From Bugula neritina (taxonomy: Eukaryota > Animalia > Bryozoa): a stretch of 64,000 nt of DNA. The stretch lies in the NCBI GenBank assembly GCA_964035545.1, contig OZ037767.1, positions 29,404,628 through 29,468,627 on the forward strand. Direction: 5' to 3'. The translations under genes and the position numbers were made by a program. The notes beneath the pieces are model-generated. The model was not told the origin of the DNA. It saw only the letters and a program-made list of their open reading frames with translations, and did not search any database. Shown here piece by piece: positions 40,401-54,829 of the stretch; position 1 is the stretch's first letter, and each line of letters starts with the position of its first letter.

Positions 40401-43400
40401 ATCCTTCAGTATCTTAGCCTGTCGTATGGGGGCCACCCATTCTCTTTTGATGGCCTACAAGTTATTAAACATTTTGTTTTATGAAACAGACTTCAAGAAT
40501 GTGTTAGGGCTTTAGAACATCTAATGAATATTTCAGAATTGACTTCTGTTTTTCAACCAAAACAGCCATTTCGCTTAAATTAGTGATGAAATTTAACTTG
40601 GTTAAAAGAAAATTAAAACAGTTTTCAGCATTTACTAAATGAACATTTCACATTTGGAAACCTATATATAATAGTTTTTTCTTCGCTAGCTTATCTGATG
40701 TTGTACACACCTCATTGTCCGGAAACTTTGAAATAAACATCTGGAAGGAAGTGTACTGTGCATGCTGTAGACCCAACCTAGAACAACGTAACATTTGGGT
40801 TCACTTTCTGACAAGTTTTATAATATAATAATAGTATATTAGTATTATTATTATTATATAAGTATAAGCAGTGCAACTTCTACAGAACATGTTATATATA
40901 ACTAATATAGAATGCTTCATAAAAAATTCGTATGCAATGTGAAAAGCTATTGCAGGTCATGTTATTATCTACATTGAAGTTAAAATAGACAATAAGCAAT
41001 AATGCAGGTGAATATATAACATATAGTGTAATATATAGTGTTATATATAGTATACTGTATTATATAGCAGATAATACATAATGTTTAACCTATAATATAA
41101 TATACACAATATGTAATATATAATACACAATATATAATACACAATATATAATACAGAATATATCCACCACCCGATTTGGACATTGTGGAGAAATATGTGA
41201 GAAAAAGAATATATAATATATAATATATAGTAAATAAATACAGAAATTGCTGAGAGTAGACATTTAGCAATAAAGATCTCTGATGTAGTATAAACAGAGT
41301 TAATCATGAAGCTCTAACTATTCTTATTCAAGATAAATTCACTTGTAAATACAGCAGCTTGTACTTACTTCTTCATGTACCGGTCAAAGAGATCCTTAGA
41401 GATGTACCCACAAACACTTACTAGTATCTTGTGAAGAGCTTCTCTAAAATATCACAATAATTTCTCACATACAATATGATTAGTGGTTGACAAACAGCAA
41501 ACTTCTAGCAAACAGTTAGTAATAAGATTCTGTGTAGAAAGTAAAAACTTTATCTGTGCTAAAGACAAAACACACCATACACAAGCAATTTTACTGTTGA
41601 CCAAACAACAGTTAAGACAAAAGTGTAGTGTTAGATTTTTATTATAGGTGTGTCAAGTTTAAACCTGTACAACATTCACTTGCATGTATATCATACAATG
41701 TGTCTACAGTGAGCAGGTGCTGTGAAGGTTGACAACCCTATGCAGGTGTACTAATTCAAAGTATGACATTTCATATAATAATATAAGTTATGGAATAATA
41801 TAACCCAGCAGAGTAGCTTGGTTATTTGAACAAGTTATTATGTAATTATACCTTGACACTACCCCATTTCCATGAGCTGTTTGGCTCTTGAACAAGTGCT
41901 TCAACCCATGGAAACCAGTGTTTAGTTTCTCCTGAACGATTTCATGCAACTAGAAAAACAGGCAAAGAGTAACATAATTTACAAAAGCTTCTAGCTATAT
42001 GAGTTATAAATTATATCAACTAAAGCGGCAAAAATATGGAAAAGCAGCTATCAAAACTACTATTTCATTTTGATTAGTGGTAAGACAATTAGCACAATTG
42101 AAACTGAGAATATAATTTATCAAAACATTTCTTGCATATCAAATAGGTCCCAAGGCTACCTCTTCCACTGTGTATTTGAATGGGTTTGTCACATTGTTGG
42201 CTTTCAACCAAGAAACTTTCAATTCGCTCCTCTTGTTTAATTCACCTTCTGACATTAGGCTAACTGCAGCATAAGACAACGAAAGCATGAATATTATCAT
42301 CAACGGATCAGAGATTAATTAATCATTGCATAACTGTATTAGCTTGTGTCATGATAGAAGCTACATTTAGAATTAACAAAAAGATTAATTTAAGCATCTT
42401 CCGATTAGATAGAGTTTTGATATTATATTTGCTTGTACCAGTGATGGGTAACTAACCTATATATCACTATAACTCTAATCTCTTTACTTTTCTACCAGTC
42501 AGTAACTCATATTATAATAAAATAATCCTACTTGGGTAGGCAATGACAAGCTTTCTATTTTATTAGTGATTCATACAAAAGTCCATGAAGCAGACTAAAC
42601 AATTTATGTAGAAATATTTTTACACACGTTAAATAAAAATGCCCAAAATTGAAGAGCATTTTTGAGCTATATGTAAGCTATTTTGAGTCATATACAAAGA
42701 GGCTATAATAAATTCTATATTCTATTACTACTATCATTACATTAAATTTTATTCAAGGTCTTTTATAAAAGTATCAATACCACCTATAGCTGCTTGGTGA
42801 AATGAAAATTGTTGAATAAGAAAAAACCTATTGGATTTTAAAAGTTGAAAACCAAATAATAAATATAATACATTTACTATCCTTAGGTGCTATAAGCTAC
42901 TAACTAGCTTTGGCTTTACTAGAAATTTGTATATACAGTAATATTTTATAAAAAGAAGTGGGTAATGAATATATAATTGACCACCATTAAGCTGCATATT
43001 ATGAAGTACAATTTTCTATTAATAAAAATTTAGAAATTAGCTGCTTATACTACAGATATTTGTAAAATGTGTCTGTATTAACTATTATAGTGAAGTAGCT
43101 TTCAGCAATGTCTTACTGGACAATATATTCTTCAGACTTAGTCTAATTGTGTTGAAATAACAAGAATTATTTGTAGCAACCTGAGAATGACATTATTTGA
43201 GCTGCAATTACTATTAAAAAGTCCCAGTCTCTCATTCTCAAAAGAATGACTTTAAAAACAAGACATATTAGCTTCTTAGCAGACATGATAAATGTATGCT
43301 TTAATTTTATTTACCGCTGGTTATGGGTCTGCTCATCGCAGAAGGTGAAGGGTGGGGACGGGGAGTTGCAGCACTCATTACGGCTGGAAGTCCAGTAGGT

Positions 43401-43803
43401 TTTGTAGGCTCTACAGCGTGAGCTTTTATAGATAGTTGAGTAACATTCTGGGTTCTTAGTTTAGCAGAGTGTTCTACGGGTATACTTGGCAAGTTGACCT
43501 AGAATATACATAGAATATGCCAATAAAAAGAGACCCTTTAACATAAAATTCAAACTATCTAATGAGATGGAATACTATTATATTTATTCGCCATATTGAA
43601 CCTATTTATATCACATCTTTACATTATATTTTACTTATTTACATATATTATACTTACTCATATGGTATTATACCTTAATTATATCACATTTACGCGTACT
43701 ATGTTATACCTATTTATGTTATACTCACCGTAATGCACTTCTTGTGACTTAAATTGTTAATAATACTTACATGCATCTGTTTGCTGGTGACAGCAGTAGC
43801 CAT
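31468..43803 (-). CDS. EFCAB6: EF-hand calcium-binding domain-containing protein 6-like, multi-exon
   Basis: Many degenerate EF-hand pairs (AAFQQFDELGDNFVAKISFRKVL; AFKRLDVEGRGHVT; MRRQFKKSDPLGQGFLSFRDFRQCL...GQINYEEF). Start MATAVTSKQMH|VNLPSIP. Orthology versus paralogy is unresolved. Confidence 0.75.
35504..35603. repeat. ~100-bp imperfect hairpin (MITE-like) in EFCAB6-like intron
   Basis: ggctagatgaaagaata(tta)tatatagctgtacatataaga..ggcta pairs with tagcc..tcttatatgtacagctatatatattctttcatccagcc. Confidence 0.85.
40021..40236 (+). mobile_element. tRNA-derived SINE (head tRNA-Thr(AGT)-like), antisense in EFCAB6-like intron
   Basis: Pol III A box TGGTGTAGTGG (40031-40041) and B box GGTTCGAATCC (40075-40085). 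The acceptor stem does not pair. The body has an aggaagagcatccag motif and a T-rich end. Confidence 0.75.
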
Positions 43804-45579
43804 GTTGTGTCTATCAATAAAATGGTGTACTAAATGCTGCGGCTACAGCTATGAGACGAGATGACACACTCAACTGCACAGCTGGTAACTAGCCTAGATC
43901 ACACACCACATTACCTTTAGCAGCAGCAAAACAAAAGTAAATCTAAAATTAAAAGATCACATTATTTCAGTAAATTGCTAAATACAGAAGGATTTAATAA
44001 TTGCCAAGTACAGTTGACTATAAAGTTTAATATAAAAGCTGGTAATCCTTTTAAAATGTTTATTGACCCACATTCAAAGAAAACACATCAAGTCTAAAGC
44101 TAGCACAAGCAATGAATAAAACCTTATATCAATAGTAATAATAGAGGTGCTTTTCGTGAATTGAACGTGAATTGAACGCAGTGTTATTTAAACAAATATA
44201 TTATCTAACATCAGGCTATATATAAGCTGTTCCGTCCAATGCTTTATAAAAATAGATTCAGGAAAACTTAAATTTCATTTGCAGATTTCTAAAGCAACCT
44301 GCAACGTTTATAACTTATTATGCATGCATTCATACTGCTAGTTGGATGAGAAAACTATGTACAATTTGCATTAATTACTGTTTATCCAAACATTCACCGA
44401 ATAAGAGCTTATGGCATATTTTAAGTAGTATAAATGAGGGTGATGCGGCACAACTGTACTACCATTCTCTACCTTTCCAGAAGCACACCGATAGGTCAAT
44501 AATGCCACTGTCTTAAAGATTAGTATCAGAAAGATATTAATTACCAGTTAATCGAGGAGGGAAAATTCATTGGCATGTAATAAAATTAACAAGGGTGGGT
44601 TGATAGAATAATACCCAAGATGATTGTTTCGGGATAATTGGCTTTAATCTAGAAAGATTAATAGTTTAAATGCCACTCGGTTCCTTTGGTAAGCAGATAA
44701 GCAGATCTGAATTGTAGATATAAAAGGAGGCCGAGGTTTAACCAAGCTAAATTGTAATTGCAGATCAAGTTAAAGTGGTTGAAAAAATTCTCTGCAAAAA
44801 GGTAAATTTACATATTATATTATTGACAATGGTTATTAAATTTTGTGTTTTGTTTTATTTTGTATGATTTAAAATGCCTTCTGTCGCCTACCATTGTTTT
44901 GTGCAATTACTAAATCCAGGCAATGAAATTCTTTTTTTTTGTATATTTTACAAAGCCTATTTATCGTTAATTATAATAGTGCATATAATTATAGGATATT
45001 TTTCATTTTTATAACATTAGGTGTGTAATTATTAATTAATAGCACGCGTACATGTGAAATGCATATTATAATAGATTCAATAAATTTCAACTAATTTCTT
45101 TGCCCCCCCCCCCCCTATTATGTAATTGTCTTCATACTGCTGCATGCCACGCAATTAGCAAACAAACATTCATCTCTTATAATAACTATATGCCATATAT
45201 GAATATGCTTTCCTGCCAACTTTTCTTGTCAATTACCTGTCAAATAAAATTTTCTTTACAATAATTACATACACAAACAACTTATAGAAATTATAATACA
45301 ATATTCAGGTCAACAGTTTTTACAAACCAAGTTCCTTAAGTTTAAAACCAACAAACTGTGAAATTAAAAATAAATTACTTATATATATGTAATAGCAAGT
45401 ACAGTAGATATAGGACTCAAGTTTTGTGTGAATTGTGTCAAAACATATGTATGCAACATTGTGTTTGTAGGTGCAACTCAAAATCTAATCTGTTCTACAG
45501 TTCATAAACTAGTCTGCCACTTTACAGTCTATAGACTAGTCTGCTCAGAAAAGAAGATAACTCCAAGAAAGAGAGAAAG

Positions 45580-47633
45580 ATGAAACCTGGGACTACTATT
45601 CTGCTAGCACTGACTATAGTAACAACCTGCTTACTTCTACAAGTTTCAGCACAACAGCGGAGGAATGTAAGTGTGTGGCATTACAGATAGAAATAACAGT
45701 TATTATATTATATTTATACTTAAAGCTAATAAAATGTATTACTGCTTATGCCATTGCTAAAATTCACTTCAGAACCTTCTTTTAAATTAAGTAATATTAG
45801 GAAAGCTGTTAATTTTGGATTATTAAAAATTAATTTTATAATAATAAGACTTGAGATTTGTTTTAATACAATATCTATTTTTTATTATGTTTTTAGAACA
45901 ACTTACAGACAAATAAAATAACTGATGACTTTCAATTAGATTTTGATGACAACTTTCAAAATGCAAGGCAAGCCAGCAATAAAGTTGGTAAAAGCAGAGC
46001 TGGAAGCAACAATAGAAAATCTGGCAATTCTAAAAGGTAAATAGCACAATCACTACTACAGTCTTCAAAAATATGTTCAGAATGAAAAATACAAGATGGA
46101 ACCCTTACACTTATATTTGATTTCAAGCAATTCAATAAACTTTATTGCAGTAATAAATAAATAACTTAGAGTTTAATAAACTAAATAATAATTTATAAGC
46201 TTATGACTATTAATATAATATGTAAAATATTTAAAGGACTTGCATGGACTAAAATAAGTTTCTTTAGTTTGTATTTACTATTTTAGACAAAGAGGCATGG
46301 CTAATCGCCGCAGAAACAAGGGAAAAGGTTTTACTCAAAATGATTCAGGAGGTGTGGTCACCAACCAAGTGGGCGGGCTGACAAATCTAGTCATCACTGA
46401 GAGTGAAAGTCGACACAATGCGGAAGAAACTATCAGAAATACAAACGCAGAGGTACAAATCACTAATCAGATGAACTTTACATTTAAACTGAGCAAAAAG
46501 TTGCCTTCTCACACATATGATATCAAACTGAGTCTGACACTAAATTTTGATCTGCATTTAAAATTTCAAGAATTGTTCGAAAAATATTCAAATATGATTA
46601 GTAATATTACCAAAGCAACTATGTTTACATTTTGATCTTAGACACTATTATATACCCCGCATGTTTTACATTTTTCTCATAATTGTAATGTATATAAAAG
46701 TATAATACCTAAATTTCAACTTTAAAGTGTATTTTTGAGTTATATGATGCTTACTACAGCCATTTTAACAAATTTTATTGATTAAAGTTGTTAAATTTAA
46801 ACAAATGAAGAATTTTTACTAGAGTCGTCTTCTCTTATTCACAATGACTATTGGTCATGATTTAGGTTGACAGTTTCAATGACGAGTTGAATCCATCAAG
46901 TATAATGAACAGAGCACAAGTGGCAAGTAACCTTGGAAGAAGTGGTGGTAGAGGCTTCATTACAGGAGTGGCTGACACAGAACGAGTCATCCAGGAAACA
47001 AATGGAGGAATAGTTGACTCGTCTATTTTAACAGAAGAAGTGAACAGAGAACTTCTGGGTGTTGAGCTACTTGGTGTTAGCAACAGTATTCAAACTGAGC
47101 AACTGAATCTACCTGTGAAAGCAGTTCAACCCACACCTATAGAACATGACCGAAGGAACCAACATAATAATAATGGGTTTTTCCAAGCGGAACAACTTAG
47201 CGGTTTTGAACAGCAACCAACTAGAGTAGCAGGAAAACGTCGGTCATCTAATCAAAAGCGTAAACCATTTCGGCAGGCACAGAACAACATTATAGATCAA
47301 GGTTTATCGGAAATGTCTGCCAATAATTTTGGCCAAACAACTCCAGTTTTTCACAATGCACATCATGAACTTGGAGGAAATAATGTTTTCCCTGACCAGA
47401 ATTCCTTGCTAGAAATAAACTTGGCTAATGCTGGTGTAGGACTTCCAGCTATTGCCGTCACAACACCAAAGACACCTCTGATAAATCAGCCTCAACCTCA
47501 AGCTGGGGCAGTGGCTTTAGAAGACATTAATTTAGATTTTTCAAATTTTGGTAAGACAACTCCAGCTATTGCCATGAAACCCAAACGCACAGGAAGAAGG
47601 AGAGGTTTGAAACAAAGAAAGTCATCTTTCTGA
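45580..47633 (+). CDS. Uncharacterised secreted protein, 4 exons (45580-45666, 45897-46036, 46287-46452, 46866-47633)
   Basis: Signal peptide MKPGTTILLALTIVTTCLLLQVSA. Exon phases are consistent. N/Q/G-rich with polybasic clusters. Confidence 0.8.
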
Positions 47634-48735
47634 TTCTTACTGTTGCCTATATTTTGATAAAACAATTTAGACTGTGAATTTCTGTATTTTCAGTTTCATC
47701 ATTATTGTATAGAAATGTATACTTTTCATGAATGCAACATGTAAAATTACTTTGATATATCAATAAATTAAGTAGTATTATTTATTAAATTTATAGCAAT
47801 ATTATTTTATTAACGTTATTTTAATATATACGTAATTGTGAATAAAAATTCAATTACTAAGTAGACTAAAAATTTGTTAATAAACATTTTCTATAAATAT
47901 CGAAAAGCACCAACAAAATTGAAAATCTATTAGAAAATTATATGTCAGCTCTGATGTACAAAACAAAATAATGAAAGCTATATTTAAGTTTAAACAAATA
48001 TATATGAATGATAAATACATATTTTATTAAGTACAAAAATAGGTTGAGAGACAAAATTATTGTTAATCCACTTGTCTTGAGTAGGTGAAACCATGCAAAG
48101 TTGATTAGGCTTGAAGCATGATCAGATATAGTGAGCACCTGCATTGTGATTCAATCAAAACAATGAACAAAGTATGATTGTGCATTTTTAATCCTTTAGT
48201 ACTGATTGACTTTTATTGAAATAAAACTCATTTGAAACTTTCAATTATGTACTGATATCTAAACTGTTAAAAACATGCGATTATTTTTGCATGCGGTAAC
48301 TAGGAGAAAAATGTCGGCTATTGTAAAACAACATTATGCAATATATAGCAGATCTGCAAATTGATTGATACCATAGAGATAGGTTCTTGTATATTAACCA
48401 CCCTGTATTGAGTTTACTAATCATTTCATTTCTTCTGACAAGGTAAGCAACTTGGTACAAAGACGTTTTCAACTGATAAATATTATCAAGCAATTGACAT
48501 TGTTGTGAAAACAATTGTGATTTGATAACAGATTTACAGAATTTATAGCAACGCATTTTATGTGTTCTTTTAAAAAAATAACAATGGTAATTATATAAAA
48601 CTAAAATTTAAGTGTCAAAAAATCTTGTAGCTTTTTAATTTTTTTTTTAAAGAAACACAGCAAATAGTTTGTAGCAGCTTTGCAAAAGCAATAATTTCTC
48701 AGATTATTTTTAGAGCAAAAGCTATATATGCGAAG

Positions 48736-49591
48736 ATGAAGCCAGCCAACTTGGTATTTCTATTACTGATGACACTAGCTGTGATATGTTTTCAAAATGC
48801 TTTTGGCCGAGTAAGTTATCTCGTTAGTTTTATTTCTCTTGCAACATTTAAAGTTTGCTGTTTCATTTGCTATTTTATTTGCTGCTTCATTCAATGTTTT
48901 CACACATTTTAGTATAGAGTTCTAACTAAACACTAGCACTGTAAGAGTAGACAAGAAGCTTATACAATAAATAAATTTATTATGAACTTATTCTCTAATG
49001 CAAATTATATTCACATATAACCACATTTGCAGAGAGAAGGTCGCTCTAGACTGAGGTCTGTATTTAACAGATTGAGACCAAAGAATAACAGCGCAAACAA
49101 ATTCAGGTAATGTTATGACATATTGTATTCAGGTAATATTATCACATACAATATTCAAATATTATTACTTCAATGTCCTGCAATAGTTTATTCTGCAATG
49201 TAAAAGAGCAAACTAAATAAAGTGCTATATATTTAATAGAAAATGGAGAAATGATTCCAGCAGTGAACAAAGGGCAGAGGATTACAGTGATCAATATGTA
49301 AGTGTAATAAATTAAGCTAATATTACTTGTCAATATACTTTTTTGCTGGCTGCATAAAGTATATTCCTGCTACCAAACGTATATAGTAACATTTTAAAAC
49401 TCAAAGTGTACTGTGTTTCATAACTTTAGAGTATAGATGCTGATGGAGGTGCTGGTAGCACCAGTAGCTGGGAATCTGATTCAGGCAGCAGTAGTGATGG
49501 CAGCATAAAAGGTCAAAGATTTTTCAGAAGAGCTCAAAACTACAGTAGCAACTCCAAAAGCAGCAGCAGTAGTAGTGACAGCAGTGATTAG
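48736..49591 (+). CDS. Small uncharacterised secreted protein (basic N-part, Ser/Asp-rich tail)
   Basis: MKPANLVFLLLMTLAVICFQNAFGR|REGRSRLRSVFNRLRPKNNSANKF|...DADGGAGSTSSWESDSGSSSDG...SSSSSSDSSD*. The exon 3 frame requires a GAG acceptor. Confidence 0.6.
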
Positions 49592-50390
49592 TCATCATTG
49601 TAATAACCACATCTTGGTTTCCATAGCAACAGTTGATATTTACTTTACAGAGAGTACGACATTAACATTAACATACAGCTAAGACTAGCGAATAACAACA
49701 ATAAGCATAATATTGGCTTGAAAGCATTATTTTTATTGCCTATCGCAGACTGCTTATCTCACTGGCTACATTTAAATTTTATAGTTCTTAAACTATAATT
49801 GAAAATAAACAAATGAAGAATTAAAAAAAATAATTGGTGAGTTAAACACAAATATTTTTTATATTTAATGAAAAGTGAACCCTAGACAGCAATTTAACAG
49901 CAAATTTTTTCTACCCTGTTAATAGAATTTTATGACCTAATAGACTAATGATTGGCGGTTGAGTTGTCTTCTCAGAGAGTGTTTTATAATAACATCATCA
50001 CAAGTTATAGTATGTTGGAATATTTTATTAAATAACGTACATACTTTAGTACCAAGCCAATTTTTACAGTAAAAGCAACATCAATGTATGCAACAGCATT
50101 GGTTAGCCAATATTCTGCAAGTATGGTGTTGAAAATTACAGGAGAGAGTAACTCTAAATATTATTTTAATCTACAGTTATATTATTTACTGTATTTCAAC
50201 AAAAAGCACATTTAAAAAGCGCTTCAACTTTTTTCTAAAGTTATTTCAAAACTTTCTAAACATCAACAATTAAACTGGGCTGTAGTTATTGCTAACAATC
50301 AGACATTTGATGAATAAATACCATCAAAATTTTGCAAAAATACAGCAATTAATTTATTCTTTATAATCTTCAACATCAACAAACATGCAT

Positions 50391-51939
50391 ATGGCAGATT
50401 TCAACATGTCTACAATACCAGGTATGTATAATTAGGCCTATAACTTTGAGATAAAACATCGCAATTTTAAGTACTATTAAGTATTATGTTTAGGTTATTC
50501 TAAAATCTAATGCAAACGAAAAAACCTAAATAATTTTATCTTGTAAAATGTCATCTATTTTTTGCAAATTAAATAACATTATACTTTAATACTCAATTAG
50601 TTATCTGCAAGGTAAATATAACATACAGATAATAGCATAAAAGTGCAACATACTTCCTATCAAATAAAACATGATTTTGACGAGTCCTCATTCAAACAGA
50701 TATCCTCACTTTAGTTTTGACCTTTTAACCTTTTAAAAACAGGTATACTGAGTGAATTAAATAGTACTTTTGATGGAGAGACAACTTCCAACAAACCTAT
50801 TGAGACTGGATTATTTTCATATTACCACAGCTTTCATTATCAGATCCACAGATACCTGGGGAAAGGTGAATGCATCACTACTTCGCTATGAGTTTTTTTT
50901 TGCTTTTTTATTTTCTCTATTCAATATTTTAGTTTATTATGTGAATTAAAAATGAAGTAGAAATATAGAATAAAATTATAACATTCTTACATTAACAGCA
51001 ACACATGGAAACAATTTCAAAATATTATATTGAGCTCATAAAAATATAATTCTAATTTTTACTGCAAGCTAAAGTTTATATACATCCCAACCTCTCATAA
51101 AGATGGCGTCTTGTATGTTAATGAGACAAAATAAAACCAATCTTACATTCTGAATAGAAAAATATTTAATTGCTGAAAAATGTAAAGCATAATTGCTTGT
51201 ATCTACTTTTGAAAAAGTGTTGAAGATCATGCATTTTAATAAAATATTTATTAGGTTTGTTATTGATGACCAGTAGTGAATTTATTATAGTTGAAATTTA
51301 TCAATAACCTAAGATGATTATATTTATTTGGACTAAAAAATCTCATTATTTCATGTATCATACATTTATTTATTTCTAATTTACCAGGTACCACAAGCTA
51401 TAAGATTTTAGGAGTGACTTTCATAGTTTCATTTTTCTTACTGACTTTTCTGATAGCCTTTGCTACAGTAAAACACAAAAGGCGTCGAAGGTAATAATTA
51501 GATTTTATGGTTACATGTTGCGCAATTTTATCATCAGCATAATTATCGTTTCAAGTAGATCAGGCTGCCCTGGAGAGTATTGTGATTTATATTGTTCTGC
51601 TCAAGAGCTTTGAGTTTTGTCATATATACATGTGTAGTATATATTATTTGTCCCTGAACCTGCATGCGACATTGAATTCATTCACAAGTAAATATATAAT
51701 AATATATCTATATTATGCTTTCTCTATATTAAAATTAATTTATATTGAATCTCAAGTGGAAGGTTTACATAGTGGTTTTGAAAAAGTAAGTGTAAAATTA
51801 TTTAGTGGTTATGTTCCACAGAGCAAGAATGATGCAGTCGGGTGCAGTATGGAGAGACGATGGTGAGGAGGTGAAATTTACTAACCCCCTCTTCAACAAG
51901 TCCTACACCAAGCTCAAGGACTCAGAGAATCTGCTGTAG
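50391..51939 (+). CDS. Small type III single-pass membrane protein with cytoplasmic sorting motifs, 4 exons
   Basis: MADFNMSTIP|GILSELNSTF...YLGK|GTTSYKILGVTFIVSFFLLTFLIAFATVKHKRRR|RARMMQ...VKFTNPLFNKSYTKLKDSENLL*, phases 1/1/2. An in-frame ATG also lies at 50385. Confidence 0.72.
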
Positions 51940-52620
51940 GGTTGAAAAGCCAACTCTTCCACAAGCTTACGTGTTCGAAATAAACATTTATTGAATTTCA
52001 AAGATGTTTTACAACATTTATTAGACTTATACCAACCATAGACTATAGTTTGTAAGACTATAATTCAACACAACGTTAGGACAGTATAAAAATCTGTAAC
52101 ATATTGAGAATTTCCACAAGCTAAATTGTCACACACATGCATTCAATACAAATTTTAGGCTTTGCAGCCATTTTGTTTTGAAAATAAACATCAAAAGTTG
52201 CAAAAATTGATGATAATGTGGAGTTATTGTATCTTGCTGATGTTTATTGTTCTCACAAGAGCAGTATAAGTAGAAACACATAATAATGGCATGAAACATA
52301 TTCAGTAAATTTTACTTTCAAACTCCCATAACAATTCTATGCCATTCTAAACTGCAATACTGACAATAAATTAGCCATAACCTTTATAAAGTTTGTTTAA
52401 AAGTGCTGATCAGATTGGTTTGTATTTATTAAAGCAGGTAAACCAAAATCAAAATGCCAAAGTGAAATGAAATAGTGCATTGTCACTTCACAACAGTGTG
52501 GCAGCTAAATCAGGTGGTGAGAGTGAGGCATAAAGCAGTTTCCTTTTTAAGCACCTAACTTATAGTTCAGTATAGTAATGTCATCAGAAGAAACTCCGAG
52601 TTGCTTGAACGGAAGGCAGT

Positions 52621-54829
52621 TTATCTAGGATACACTCCTGTCATGTTCTTCACAATAGTCCACATACTCTGCATGCCACCATTGAGGAAACCTGCAACAT
52701 ACAGTCCTCTAAAAAACTAACAGATACTACTGCTGTCTTCTACTTGATTTTATATAACTCAACTACAAAATTTGTCAATGGAGATGAAACAAAAAAGTTT
52801 AAAAACATTTGCAGAACCTTGTTGTGGTGATGGTAACTGAAAGAAGCATTCCTTAATATTTAAAAATAGAAAAATTCATGGAAAGATATAATCAACAGCC
52901 AATACATAACATAGCTATTTAATTCTCATTTATACCTTCCACAGTAAGCTAATTATCAACACAAAGCCTATCAAATACATCTAATAGAGAAAGAAAAGTT
53001 AGTAGTAAAAGGCTGACAAACCTGCAGTAAAATCTTTAGTGAGTGACAGCGTGGAGACCACAACTCCGAGATCTTCAAACCGTTGCTGAATGAACCTTGA
53101 TGTCTCCGTCAGGTCTTCAGATTTATCTTGTAGCATAAAGAGCTCAGCAGTCTACAAAATTTACACAGCAAATGATACACTTTACAGTACATTTCAAACT
53201 ATATGTTTAAAAATGAATGAATATGAATATCCTGTATAGAAATTTAAGTCAGCATCATTCTGCATGTAAGAAATATGTTGATATTCTATTAACTAAAATC
53301 TGGAATTATTTACATATAGTAGAGTGCTAAATGAACCAAAACAAACCTGCAAAAAGCTGCTCAAATCTGCTAAGAAATTCTTTTATTTAAAAAACCCACA
53401 CCTACAGGAACATACAAACAAACTTTCACCAATTGGACAGGACACGATTACCTTATAGATAAAGGCCAGTTCGGCCCGCTTAGAGTACCAACTCATGTCG
53501 TGGGATTTGTCTCCGGCCAAGTACCAGATGTCATCTACTAGCTGACCCAGATTAGTCAGCGCGTCACCGGCAGCACTAGGATGCGTCATCAAACCCATAG
53601 CCTGTGGCCAGGTGCTTTGATAAACTGCCGTCATTCTATACAAAAGGATTTCATGTTATCAGACGCTAATTCTTAGTTTATTCAAAGTTGTAGAATATGA
53701 AAATTAATACATATATCCAAACAAGGAGACGGTTTTCAGTTACCAAGCTTCATCTCATTTCATCAAACTATAAAATACTTCGATGTGGTACAGATTAGAC
53801 AAAAACATTGAAACACAGCTCTTTATTTTAACACAAATCTTTCACAGCGGCTGGAGTGTTTTAACTTACACCACATTAATGGAATTATGTAATATGTATT
53901 GTGTATTAAGCATTGTGATAATATTTCAAGAGTGCGTTTTTTGACCCTCTTTGATTTGTAGGCCAAAATCTAGATTTCAAATCATACTAATAGAAAAAAA
54001 CATTTGATGATGAAGGATTTGTAAACTGAGGAATCTAAGTACCTGATTCTACGGTCTACTGCATCCATGATAAATGCTTGTACTGAAGGTTTTGGATTAT
54101 CATCATCACGTAAAGCACGCTCCTGAACTTCTGCTTGCAAACTGTCAAACAGATTCCTATTGGATGATTGGTAGAAGTGAAGAGCTAAGTCCGCCCCTTT
54201 TCGAGGAAACATGCCACTAGCAGAACTCGAGTAGCCACAGCCTTTCGCACCTGAGTAGTTGTGATACTATGGTTAGAGTGAACTAGAGTAACTATGTAAC
54301 CGAATCAGTAGGCCTTTAGAATACGTAATACAGCACATTTGTTCTAGGAGTCAACAATAATCACTGTTTGTTGTGAAGCTATTATGAGCATACAAAATCT
54401 AGTGCTTAGTTTGCCAACAGTTAACAGAACTGCTTAAACTTTTTTTATATTTGTACTTATAGCTGAATAGCAGTTTGGCTAAAAATCAATTTATTAAATA
54501 ATATATCACCAACCTGCTGCAATGGCTTGTTCAGACCATCCCAGCTCTGCCACATGTAACAGTGCTTGATCCAAAATAGAAGACTTCACAGAGTTAACAT
54601 CGATATGATTATCACAATGACTCCCATCATTGTGACTTCCATGCTCAGTATTATTATCACTATAACTATTTTCAACTATCTGCTGCAGGTATGCACTGCT
54701 TCTAGTTTGAGATTTTGTGGCCACATGCAAATATCCTCGACATATACATCCAATTGTTTTATAAAGTGTTGGCACGTGCTTGATAGATCTTGTTGTACGA
54801 ACAAGCAGTCTGGGACTTGGACGAAACAT
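52621..54829 (-). CDS. COQ9: Ubiquinone biosynthesis protein COQ9, mitochondrial, 5 exons
   Basis: ILDQALLHVAELGWSEQAIAAG, MFPRKGADLALHF, WPQAMGLM, LVDDIWYLAGDKSHDMSWYSKRAELAFIYK, ELFMLQDKSEDLTET. Arg-rich presequence. Confidence 0.96.
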
